Source: Fibrobacter succinogenes subsp. succinogenes S85 (lineage in GTDB: Bacteria > Fibrobacterota > Fibrobacteria > Fibrobacterales > Fibrobacteraceae). From it: a stretch of 32,000 bases of DNA. The notes beneath the pieces were generated by a model, which was not told where the DNA came from, made no database searches, and worked only from the letters and a program-made list of their open reading frames with translations. Positions 22,456 through 32,000 of this stretch are shown piece by piece. Position 1 is the first letter of the stretch. Every line of letters begins with the position of its first letter. The stretch covers positions 480,001-512,000 of the forward strand of contig NC_017448.1 of the NCBI RefSeq assembly GCF_000146505.1, read 5' to 3'. Made by a program: the position numbers and the translations under genes.

Positions 22456-24123
22456 TTAAGCGCTTAACAGCAGCAATGCCGCAGTCAGAGGAGCGCTCCA
22501 GTTGATAGCAACTTCGTTACTGGCAAAAGAACATTGCTCGTCTGCATAAGACATGCCACGAGCCTCCCCCATGTAATGCGGTTTCCTATGCAAATCCTGG
22601 CGGTCTTCATTAATGCCACCAACGACAAGCCCAGGCACCGGTTCATCAACGCCATCGGAATGGCTAATGCGGTGATGCGGGAACTTCGGGGAACTCCAAG
22701 CAGAGCCCGTCACAAAGCTCACGTCTACAGGATTCTTGCCGTAAATAAATTCAATCTGTTCCATCGCCGCATCGCGATACTTCGAATCATTAAACCATTC
22801 ATACGCCAAATAAAGCGTCAGCGCATGGTTTGCAATATCGCCATTGCTCCCCCAGATGAACTTGCAAATTGAAAGTCCATACGGGTCTTCCTTTTGCAGA
22901 TGCAAGATTTCTTCGGCCGTGTACTTGAACGCCATACGGGCGCGTTCCGTCCACTTGCAATCCATTGTCGCAAGTGCAAACCAGGCTAGGTTCTGCGTTG
23001 ATCGCCATTGCAATCCGTATGTCGGCAGGTACGTGTCCATATCTACCGGAAGTTGACTTTCCAAACGTTCTAACAAGCCGGCAACATTTACGTCTGCAAT
23101 ACTTTCCACATTTTTCAGTTCGCGATACAGCATCGCACGAGCCCAGAAAAAGTCATCACCTAAATCCGAATCACCATAGCCGCCACTGCCTTCTGTATTG
23201 TGCGGCCAATCGACTTCAGGATTTTTTTCGGACCAAAGGTATGCGCGAACAGCGGCAAACAAGCATTTTTCTGCAAATTCGCTATCAACATTTGCATAAA
23301 CGTGGTGAGCCTGAGCTAGTGCGCCCACAAAATTCAACGTCGAAGAAGTCGACTTTCCAAGGATATAGCGCTTTTGAGAAGCATCCGATTCCGTAGGCGT
23401 CACAAAGCCATCCCAACGATAAGGAGTCACCTTGAAGAACACTCCACCATCATCATCTTGCATGCGCAAGAAAAATTCCAGTTCAAAACGGACTTCATCA
23501 AGCAAGCTTACCGGCAGTTCATACGATTCTTTAAAGTCGGCTCCGCCAACAATTGAAGACTTTTGAGAATGTACCTGCATCAGTTCACAGCCGAGCATCA
23601 AAGTCGCAACACTCACGCCGCCATTCACAATGTACTTGCCGTAATCGCCCGCATCGTACCAGCCGCCATGAGCATTCCAAAGCCCCGCGCGTTCCATCGT
23701 CGGATGGAATTCCAGCTTATCGTCCAAATGTGCCGCCGGGCGAGCCCAAATCCCCGCCAGACGCTCCGGTAATTCAACACCGCTCCGTTGGTAATAGAAC
23801 GACTTGATATTCGACTTGAGTTCACGCAAAACCCATTCGTCCGAGACTTCAAACAAATGCGACTTCGCATCAAAGTCCACCAAGGCAATCTGGTAACGCC
23901 CCGGGGTTTTGACCGCCGAAAAGTCACCCTTGAACAGAGTCTCGCCGGTGTATTCACAGCGCTGCAAGTTTTCGGCCAAACCCTCATAAACAACGCGATT
24001 TTCGCTATCTAGAATATTGAACTTGACCGACGGCAAAGAGGAGCCTTCCGAAAAGGCGACCAAAAAAGACTTTGCTCCTGAAGGAACATAACCCGGATGA
24101 CAATAATGGATTTTCGCGTTCAT
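22456..24123 (-). CDS. glycoside hydrolase family 9 endoglucanase/cellodextrinase with an N-terminal Ig-like (CelD_N) domain; no signal peptide seen
   Basis: GH9 blocks HGGWYDAGDYGKY, GDDFFWARAMLY, FPHHRISH and YADEQCSFASNEVAINW. The N-terminus MNAKIHYCHPGYVPSGAKSFLV resembles the Ig-like domain, not a leader peptide. Confidence 0.9.
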   Translation of the reverse strand: MNAKIHYCHPGYVPSGAKSFLVAFSEGSSLPSVKFNILDSENRVVYEGLAENLQRCEYTGETLFKGDFSAVKTPGRYQIALVDFDAKSHLFEVSDEWVLRELKSNIKSFYYQRSGVELPERLAGIWARPAAHLDDKLEFHPTMERAGLWNAHGGWYDAGDYGKYIVNGGVSVATLMLGCELMQVHSQKSSIVGGADFKESYELPVSLLDEVRFELEFFLRMQDDDGGVFFKVTPYRWDGFVTPTESDASQKRYILGKSTSSTLNFVGALAQAHHVYANVDSEFAEKCLFAAVRAYLWSEKNPEVDWPHNTEGSGGYGDSDLGDDFFWARAMLYRELKNVESIADVNVAGLLERLESQLPVDMDTYLPTYGLQWRSTQNLAWFALATMDCKWTERARMAFKYTAEEILHLQKEDPYGLSICKFIWGSNGDIANHALTLYLAYEWFNDSKYRDAAMEQIEFIYGKNPVDVSFVTGSAWSSPKFPHHRISHSDGVDEPVPGLVVGGINEDRQDLHRKPHYMGEARGMSYADEQCSFASNEVAINWSAPLTAALLLLSA

Positions 24124-24231
24124 ACCCTAAGAATAACTTTTTTCGGACAAAGACGGAAAACAAATCGCGACAGACATGTTTACCACAGGGAACATAACAT
24201 TTTTATCACAATTATATTTAGATTTTATACT

Positions 24232-26571
24232 ATGAAAAAGCCACTCAAAATCACCCTCATTGTATTAGGATCTTTGATCCTCCTCTACTTCGTCACACTT
24301 CTCGTAGCGCCCAAGATTGCCCGTAGCTACATCGAAGAGCACTCCAAGGAAATGATTGGCCGAAGCATCACCATCAAGAACATCAGCCTGAACCCGTTTA
24401 CCTACGTCTTGGACGTAGATACGCTCGCGGTCATGGAAGCGGACGACAAGACCCGCTTTGTCGCGTTCGACAAGTTCAGCATGAACATCAACCCGTTAAA
24501 GCTCTTCACGAGAACGCTTGACATCAGCGACATCTACATGAAGGCCCTCTATGTTCGCACCACGCAGCACGGAGAACGCTTCAACTTCTCCGACATTCTA
24601 GACTTCCTCGCCCAAAAGGACAGCATCTATTATGCCGAGCACCCCGAAGAAAAGAAGGTCGAATCGGACAGCAGCAAGAGCGCTGCCGAAATCGCCGCCG
24701 GGCTCCCCGTCAAGCTCAGCCTGAGAAACATTGTATTCGACAAGGGCAACATCATCTACCAGGATACAAAAGTCGGCTCCAAGTTCCACCTCAAGGACTT
24801 TTCCATCAACATCCCGGCCATTTATCTCGAAGACAACTCGACCGGCGTCGACGTGAGCCTCAAGTTTGCAGACGGCGGTGACCTGAACGTGAAGGTCGAT
24901 GCCAACATGGCCACCTACGACTTCAACATTTTCCTGAACCTGAATAGATTTGCACTCTCCTGCATCAAGCCGTACCTGAACGATTCCATCAACTACAAGG
25001 ATTTTGCGGGTTACCTCTCGGCTCAAATCTCCATCAGCGGTAACATCAACAGCATCCTCGCCTCCAATGTCAAGGGCAAGGTCTCGCTCGACAAGATTGA
25101 CCTCACCGAAGTCAGCGGAAGCAAGATGGGCGCAGAAAACGTCACCGTCGGAATCAACAAGGCAAACCTCGTCGACAACGAATACCTCATCGACTCCGTC
25201 ATCGTAGATGGTGCCTTCGCCCACATCGACCTGTACAAGGACGGCAAGACAAACATTGACGTACTCCTCACCCCGAAGAACAAGGCCGGAAGCGTGACGG
25301 ATACAACCGCCGCCGATTCTACGCAGGTAGAACCGGTTGCAGAAGCTGCAAAGCAAGAACCCGCAGACACGACGAAGGTCGTCGCTGATTCGACTAGCGC
25401 AACAACCACAGCAGAAAAGCCCGCCGCCGCAAAGAAGCTCAAGGCGAAGATTAACAAGCTCCTCGTCAAGAACACTTACATCACCATCACCGATCACACC
25501 ATTATCCGTCCGTTCAACTACAAGGTGAGCGCCATTACCGTTACCGGCCAGAACATCAACTACGACACGCCTTGCAACGTGAACGTTTCTGCCGCATTCC
25601 CCGAAGGTGGCAGTCTCTCGCTCAAATACCACGGAGCCCTCAGCAACCTGAACACGATGGACATCTACATCAGCGTGAAAAACCTCGTGCTCAAGCACTT
25701 CTCGAACTACTCGTTGCACTACACAGCCTACCCGCTCAAGGCAGGCACCCTCGCCTTCGCCAGCGAAAACAAGATTGTCGACCGCAACCTCGACAGCAAG
25801 AACACCATCGACATTTACAACATCACCGTCGGGAACAAGGTGGACGACATTGATCCGGAATACACAGTCCCGATGAAGATCGGTCTCTATATCTTGAAGG
25901 ACAAGGACGACAAGATTCAGTTCGACGTGCCGGTCAAAGGTAACCTGGACGACCCGGAATTCTCTTACGGCAAAATCATCTGGAAGACAGTCGTGAACCT
26001 TCTCGTAAAGGTCGCCATTTCGCCGTTCAGACTCGTCGGGAACCTCGCCATGGCAGGCGCCAACGCTCTCGGCTTTGACCTCGGCAAGAACAACGAAGTG
26101 CTAATTGATGCCAACACCGAAACGTTCACCAGCGAACAATACGCCAAGGCCATCAAAATGACCGAAATGCTCCAGAAGGATCCGAAGTTAATGCTGACAT
26201 TCACGCAATACTACAATCCGAGAAAGACAGCCAAGGAATACAAGGTCAAGCAGCTCAAAATTGATTTCTACAAACAAAAGAATAATAAGACTGAACTGAA
26301 CGAACTTGACTACAGAGCCATTGAAGAAATCAAGGAAAAAGACAAGGAGTTCCAGGCTTACGTCAAGGAACATTCCGCTGAAATTGACAAGAACTACATG
26401 ATGAAGGTTCTCCCGCAAATGGCAACAAAGCGCAACAACGACCTTCTCAAGGTCTTGCGCGCACAGCCGGGTGTCACGAAAAAGAACCTCAAGGTCATCA
26501 CTGCTCCGAGAGACGCACTCCGCGGCTACAAAGACAAACCGATGTATAAAGTTGACGTAGACGTACAATAA
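24232..26571 (+). CDS. DUF748 / AsmA-like large envelope protein
   Basis: N-terminal anchor MKKPLKITLIVLGSLILLYFV and a long beta-rich repeat body. The C-terminal block PMKIGLYILKDKDDKIQFDVPVKGNLDDPEFSYGKII is typical of DUF748. I chose the start at 24232 to avoid overlapping the GH9 gene. Confidence 0.7.
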   Translation: MKKPLKITLIVLGSLILLYFVTLLVAPKIARSYIEEHSKEMIGRSITIKNISLNPFTYVLDVDTLAVMEADDKTRFVAFDKFSMNINPLKLFTRTLDISDIYMKALYVRTTQHGERFNFSDILDFLAQKDSIYYAEHPEEKKVESDSSKSAAEIAAGLPVKLSLRNIVFDKGNIIYQDTKVGSKFHLKDFSINIPAIYLEDNSTGVDVSLKFADGGDLNVKVDANMATYDFNIFLNLNRFALSCIKPYLNDSINYKDFAGYLSAQISISGNINSILASNVKGKVSLDKIDLTEVSGSKMGAENVTVGINKANLVDNEYLIDSVIVDGAFAHIDLYKDGKTNIDVLLTPKNKAGSVTDTTAADSTQVEPVAEAAKQEPADTTKVVADSTSATTTAEKPAAAKKLKAKINKLLVKNTYITITDHTIIRPFNYKVSAITVTGQNINYDTPCNVNVSAAFPEGGSLSLKYHGALSNLNTMDIYISVKNLVLKHFSNYSLHYTAYPLKAGTLAFASENKIVDRNLDSKNTIDIYNITVGNKVDDIDPEYTVPMKIGLYILKDKDDKIQFDVPVKGNLDDPEFSYGKIIWKTVVNLLVKVAISPFRLVGNLAMAGANALGFDLGKNNEVLIDANTETFTSEQYAKAIKMTEMLQKDPKLMLTFTQYYNPRKTAKEYKVKQLKIDFYKQKNNKTELNELDYRAIEEIKEKDKEFQAYVKEHSAEIDKNYMMKVLPQMATKRNNDLLKVLRAQPGVTKKNLKVITAPRDALRGYKDKPMYKVDVDVQ

Positions 26572-26614
26572 TAGACGAGAGAACGCCGCTCTGCGGCTAC
26601 AGACGAAAGACGAA
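26572..26614 (+). repeat. heptamer-palindromic element, copy D (left half only)
   Basis: TAA|TAGACGAGAGAACGCCGCTCTGCGGCTACAGACGAAAGACGAAA. It has box 1, the GC hairpin and box 2, but no TCTTTCG arm. A terminator hairpin follows instead. Confidence 0.8.
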
Positions 26615-26620
26615 AAAAAA

Positions 26621-26646
26621 GGCATCGCTGAGCGATGTCCTTTTTT
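26621..26646. terminator. intrinsic terminator between convergent DUF748 (+) and nucleotidyltransferase (-) genes
   Basis: GGCATCGC-TGA-GCGATGTCC hairpin with an A8 run before it and a T6 run after it. Confidence 0.65.
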
Positions 26647-26696
26647 AAATGCGGATCAAGCGTGCCGCGCATTCCTGCGCTACACTATTTCAAAAA

Positions 26697-27617
26697 TTAT
26701 TCGTGAATCACGGCGTCAGCAAGCTTCTGGTTCACAACCTTTACACCGTTCCAAAGGATAGCATCACTAACTTCAGAATTTTCAATCACGCAGTTATCCC
26801 CAACCGACACGTTAGGACCGACCTTTGAATTCTTGATAACCACGTTCTTGCCGATATGGCAAGGCATGATGATTTCGGCTCCATCGACCGGAGACTCGGT
26901 CGTAGCATTGCGATTCAATACATGGGCATTCGTAGCAAGCAATGTTTCGACAAGGCCACAGTCCAGCCACTTTTCAACCGGAGCCGTACGGAACTTGCAA
27001 CCACCCTGAATCATGCGTTCAAGGGCATCCGTCAACTGGAATTCGCCCTTCGTGCGGATGTCGTTCTGCATGAGGTAGTTCAACGCCTCCTTGAGAGCCT
27101 TGACATCCTTGATGTAATAAATGCCAACTATAGCTTCGTCTGAAACGAATTCCTGCGGCTTTTCCACAAGGCGTTCAATATGACCATTCTTATCCGTGAC
27201 TGCGACTCCAAAACGCTTCGGGTCAGCGACCTTGAACGTGTAAAGAATATTCTCGGATGCATTCTTCAAGATGGACAAATCAGCCTCAAAAAGAGTATCG
27301 CCGAGGATAATCAAAAGCGGTTCGTCATCGTTTACATACGGAAGAGCAAGGCTAATAGCTTCGCCCAAGCCCTGCGGATTGGACTGGACCACCGTACGAA
27401 CAGCGCCCCATTCCGGTTTCTGTTTCAAAAAATCATCTACAGCCGAAGCTTTATAACCCGTTATAAAAATCGTCTCAGAAGGATTCAAAAAAAGAGCATC
27501 ATCGACAATCCAGTCTAAGATTGTCTTACCAGCAACAGGAAGCAAACACTTTGGTAGATTTTCCGTGTATGGACGTAGGCGAATGCCATTTCCAGCAACA
27601 GGAAGTACAATTTTCAT
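26697..27617 (-). CDS. sugar-phosphate nucleotidyltransferase with a C-terminal left-handed beta-helix (hexapeptide) domain
   Basis: MKIVLPVAGNGIRLRPYTENLPKCLLPVAGKTILDW (GxGxRL NTP-transferase motif). Hexapeptide repeats lie at the C-terminus (IGKNVVIKNSKVGPNVSVGDNCVIENSEV). Confidence 0.8.
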   Translation of the reverse strand: MKIVLPVAGNGIRLRPYTENLPKCLLPVAGKTILDWIVDDALFLNPSETIFITGYKASAVDDFLKQKPEWGAVRTVVQSNPQGLGEAISLALPYVNDDEPLLIILGDTLFEADLSILKNASENILYTFKVADPKRFGVAVTDKNGHIERLVEKPQEFVSDEAIVGIYYIKDVKALKEALNYLMQNDIRTKGEFQLTDALERMIQGGCKFRTAPVEKWLDCGLVETLLATNAHVLNRNATTESPVDGAEIIMPCHIGKNVVIKNSKVGPNVSVGDNCVIENSEVSDAILWNGVKVVNQKLADAVIHE

Positions 27618-27891
27618 TCAAAAACCCTTTTTTATTGTAGTGTTTTCAAACACCCTTACGTAAGGTGAAAGATAAAAAAATCGTACGAAAAAAACAATTT
27701 TTAATCATTTTTGGAACCTTTTCAACACCATTCTGTTTTCAAATTTCAAGCCATCAGTAAAACCTCGCAAAAGTTTCATTTTTAAACATTCTCTGTAGTA
27801 ACGACATTTTACAGCAAACATACAGTCTCAAAATTAAACATTTCATAAAATACGGCCTAAGTTCTACCCTATAAAATTGGATTTAACAGTT

Positions 27892-27907
27892 TGGCACGAA
27901 AATTGCT
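27892..27907 (+). promoter_or_regulatory. sigma54-type -24/-12 promoter upstream of groES-groEL
   Basis: Exact TGGCACG-AAAA-TTGCT with GG-N10-GC spacing, about 105 nt upstream of the groES ATG on the same strand. I could not find a CIRCE inverted repeat (TTAGCACTC-N9-GAGTGCTAA). Confidence 0.6.
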
Positions 27908-28010
27908 TCACAAGGGACGAAACAAAAATATGGTCCAATTTGGAACAGCTCCAACGTTCAAGTGGACCAAGCCATTTAACTGGGCAAAAGCCCAAAAGAG
28001 GATAAAAATA

Positions 28011-28292
28011 ATGATCAAGCCTTTAGCAGATCGAATCGTTGTCAAGCCGGCAGAAGCCGAACAGAAGACCTCCTCCGGTCTCTTCATTCCGGATAATGCA
28101 AAGGAAAAGCCGATGCAGGGTAAGGTCGTGGCCGTAGGTCCGGGTCGCAAGAACGACAAGGGCGAAGTAGTCGCTATGGAAGTCAAGGTTGGCGACGTGG
28201 TGCTTTACGGCAAGTACAGCGGTACCGAAGTTACCGTTGATGGCGAAAACTTCCTCATCGTTAAGGAATCCGACGTTATCGCTACTCTGTAA
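28011..28292 (+). CDS. groES: co-chaperonin GroES
   Basis: [45 protein letters not shown]... is canonical Cpn10. An AAAGAGGA Shine-Dalgarno precedes the ATG at 28011. The track start at 27891 is an upstream extension. Confidence 0.95.
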   Translation: MIKPLADRIVVKPAEAEQKTSSGLFIPDNAKEKPMQGKVVAVGPGRKNDKGEVVAMEVKVGDVVLYGKYSGTEVTVDGENFLIVKESDVIATL

Positions 28293-30062
<1,770 letters not shown>

Positions 30063-30128
30063 TCAACCGCCAAGTGCGCGCGAACAGCGCGCATCTAGGC
30101 TGCTAGAATTTCATATTCTAACTCCACT

Positions 30129-30163
30129 AAAAATCCCGACTCTGCAGAGTCGGGATTTTTTTT
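30129..30163 (+). terminator. intrinsic terminator of groESL
   Basis: Perfect 10-bp stem ATCCCGACTC / GAGTCGGGAT with a TGCA loop, followed by T7-8. Confidence 0.85.
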
Positions 30164-30189
30164 GTGCAGGCGTCGCGCCCCCACCACAC

Positions 30190-30216
30190 AAAAAAGGAGC
30201 CCGTAAGGACTCCTTT
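30190..30216 (-). terminator. intrinsic terminator of the PBP gene
   Basis: On the minus strand, AAAGGAGTCC-TTACG-GGCTCCTTTTTT is a hairpin with one bulge plus a T-run, about 80 nt after the PBP stop. Confidence 0.65.
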
Positions 30217-30292
30217 AATTAAACTCTAATGATTGAAACAGCTGACTGGAATATTTACTTCATACCGTCATTGTCTACTTCCGGCTTTTCAG

Positions 30293-32000
30293 CTAGAACA
30301 TCTTTCTCGTGCTACGCTTGGGCTGCTGCGGTTCGTCCTTGCCCTTGCCTTTCTTTTTCTTGGGCTGCGGAGCTTCATAACGGTTGTTTTCAACAACACC
30401 CTTGTTGCTGAACAAAGTAGCGTTATCAGCAGACTTTGTCTGCGACGAGAAATGGTTGCCATCGCAACGCTCCGTCGGGCCGTAGCCCGCCGTGTAGAGG
30501 CAGTAAGTCTTTTCAGAGCAGAACTCACCAGCGATAAGGCCCGTGTGGTTGCAGATGCCACGGCTGATTACACCAGGCGGAACCGGGAACGGAAGCTTCG
30601 GCAAATCCTTGTGCAACTTCGCCATCGTAGCCATCCAAATCGGGAGAGCGTCTTCAGTACCCGTATGACCGGCACCCATGGTTCCCGGATTGTCGGAACC
30701 GACCCACACGCCCATCGTGTACTGCTTCGTGAAGCCAATGTACCACGTATCCGTGTAATCGTTCGTCGTACCCGTCTTACCGCCACTCGGGTGACGGAAA
30801 CCAGAAGCCCACACACGGCCTGCCGTACCGCGAACGTTCACGTCCTTGAGCATATCAACCATCAAGTAAGCCGATGCCGGGCGCAAGACTTCGTGTTCAA
30901 CCTTGGAATTCTTCTCCACCACCTCGCCATTGCGGTCCACGATAGATTCAATCATGTACGGCTCAATGCGGTTACCGCCGTTCGGGAACACCGTGTAAGC
31001 AGACGTCATTTCCATAAGCGTTGCACCCACGGAACCAAGAGCCAAACTCGGGACCGCCTGCAACGGAGCACGCTTGATGCCGAACTTGCGAGCGTAGTTC
31101 ACCACGTTGCTGAGACCGTACTTCATACCCGTCAAAATAGCCGGCAAGTTCTTGGACTTGTACAGAGCGCGGCGGAGCGTCATCATACCTTCGAAGTCAT
31201 GTTCAAAGTTGCCTGGGCGCCAAACCTTGTTCGGGTTCTTGTCATCCGGGTCCGGGATCGTCACCGGCTGGTCGTTCACAGAGTCGCAGGGGCTAGCACC
31301 GTTGTCCATTGCGGTAGAATAGACGATCGGCTTGAACGAAGAACCCGGCTGGCGCAAGGACTGCACAGCGCGGTTCCACTTGGACTTGTTGAAGTCGCTA
31401 CCACCCACCATAGCGCGGATAGCACCCGTTTCGTTTTCAATGATAATAGCAGCTACTTCAGCGTGATGGTAACGGATACTGTCCGGGAAACGGATAAACT
31501 GGCCACGCTTGTTGCGAACCGTATCAGCAGCGAGATATTCCTTCTTGAAGAGCGTGTAGACGCTATCGAAGTGAGCGACAACGCTATCTTCGGGCATGTC
31601 GTACTTCTTGGTGAGCTGGAGCCTGCGAGTAGCGCGGTACTTGATGCGGCGACGGACACGTTCAACCTGTGCATAGGCGACACTGTCAAGGAACGCCTGG
31701 ATTTCCGGATCAATCGTACTATAGACGGACACGCCATCGGCATAGAGCGAGTTTTCGCCGTACTTCTTTTCCATATACTTGCGGATTTCTTCAAAGAAAT
31801 ACAAGCCCGTTCCAGTCACATCTTCTTTCTTGGCAAGCACAATCGGTTCTTCAATATACTTGCGGTATTCCTCGTTCGTGATATAGCCTGCATCGCGCAT
31901 CGCATAGAGCACCGTGTTACGACGGCGCTTGGAGGCCTTCGGATGACGGTCAGGGCGATACGTTTCAGGGCGCTGCAACATGCCCGCGAGCACAGCGTAT
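30293..32000 (-). CDS. class A penicillin-binding protein (PBP1A-type transglycosylase/transpeptidase), N-terminus beyond the right edge
   Basis: End of the GT51 domain (RPETYRPDRHPKASKRRRNTVLYAMRDAGYIT). Transpeptidase motifs RQPGSSFKP (SxxK) and GKTGTTND (KTG) are present. The frame stays open to the window edge. Lys-rich C-terminal tail. Confidence 0.9.
   Translation of the reverse strand, partial: YAVLAGMLQRPETYRPDRHPKASKRRRNTVLYAMRDAGYITNEEYRKYIEEPIVLAKKEDVTGTGLYFFEEIRKYMEKKYGENSLYADGVSVYSTIDPEIQAFLDSVAYAQVERVRRRIKYRATRRLQLTKKYDMPEDSVVAHFDSVYTLFKKEYLAADTVRNKRGQFIRFPDSIRYHHAEVAAIIIENETGAIRAMVGGSDFNKSKWNRAVQSLRQPGSSFKPIVYSTAMDNGASPCDSVNDQPVTIPDPDDKNPNKVWRPGNFEHDFEGMMTLRRALYKSKNLPAILTGMKYGLSNVVNYARKFGIKRAPLQAVPSLALGSVGATLMEMTSAYTVFPNGGNRIEPYMIESIVDRNGEVVEKNSKVEHEVLRPASAYLMVDMLKDVNVRGTAGRVWASGFRHPSGGKTGTTNDYTDTWYIGFTKQYTMGVWVGSDNPGTMGAGHTGTEDALPIWMATMAKLHKDLPKLPFPVPPGVISRGICNHTGLIAGEFCSEKTYCLYTAGYGPTERCDGNHFSSQTKSADNATLFSNKGVVENNRYEAPQPKKKKGKGKDEPQQPKRSTRKMF

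Noticed and set aside
22444-22467. TTAAGC repeats and the 12-nt palindrome TTAAGCGCTTAA at the GH9 stop
   Set aside because: It is short and overlaps the last codons and the stop. It is most simply a weak convergent-terminator or chance palindrome, with no further copies seen in the window.
24598-25719. 373-aa ORF antisense to the DUF748 gene
   Set aside because: The product is Val/Asp/Gly-rich mirror-image low complexity, typical of an antisense shadow of a beta-rich Asp/Asn/Lys-coding gene. It has no independent signals.
27880-28010. Search for a CIRCE (HrcA) operator or a sigma32-type promoter upstream of groES
   Set aside because: No TTAGCACTC-N9-GAGTGCTAA-like inverted repeat is found. 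The only inverted repeats are GGTCCA/TGGACC and TTGGA/TCCAA, which do not resemble CIRCE.

Overview
The window looks like about 32 kb of core bacterial chromosome. Gene content (GH9 cellulase, TonB2-type cluster, DUF748, GroESL sequence) suggests a Fibrobacter-like or FCB-group organism, but I cannot verify that without a search. I call 32 protein genes and find no rRNA, tRNA, CRISPR array or transposase. The left ~1.4 kb is visibly AT-rich and looks accessory. It holds a stop-free frame running off the left edge, which the ORF track truncated, plus a RelB/DinJ-YoeB toxin-antitoxin pair. The rest is housekeeping: a U32 protein, a seven-gene TonB2-type operon (DUF3450, large MotA/ExbB paralog, ExbB, ExbD, TonB, TPR, small membrane protein), rluA-family, nadD, rsgA, a UbiA prenyltransferase, purF, ddl, tsaB, rimI, a GH9 endoglucanase, DUF748, groES/groEL and part of a class A PBP. 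Two signals are not explained by the gene list. (1) A dispersed, roughly 85-115 nt palindromic element is built from tandem heptamers (AGACGAA/AGACGAG and their complement TCTTTCG/TCTCTCG), TAGAC boxes and a small GC hairpin. Copies abut stop codons and sit between groES and groEL. One is inserted in frame inside rsgA, and two are translated as the signal peptides of neighbouring TonB2-cluster genes. Sibling elements share the architecture but use other heptamers (CTTAGAA, GTAGGAA). (2) Two exact sigma54-type -24/-12 boxes (TGGCACG-N4-TTGCT) are correctly placed and oriented upstream of purF and of groESL, which are unusual targets for sigma54. Smaller observations are a Braun-lipoprotein-like mini-lipoprotein ending in Lys, a structured ~290 nt non-coding region, and a membrane-anchored disordered Pro/Ala/Arg-rich protein.
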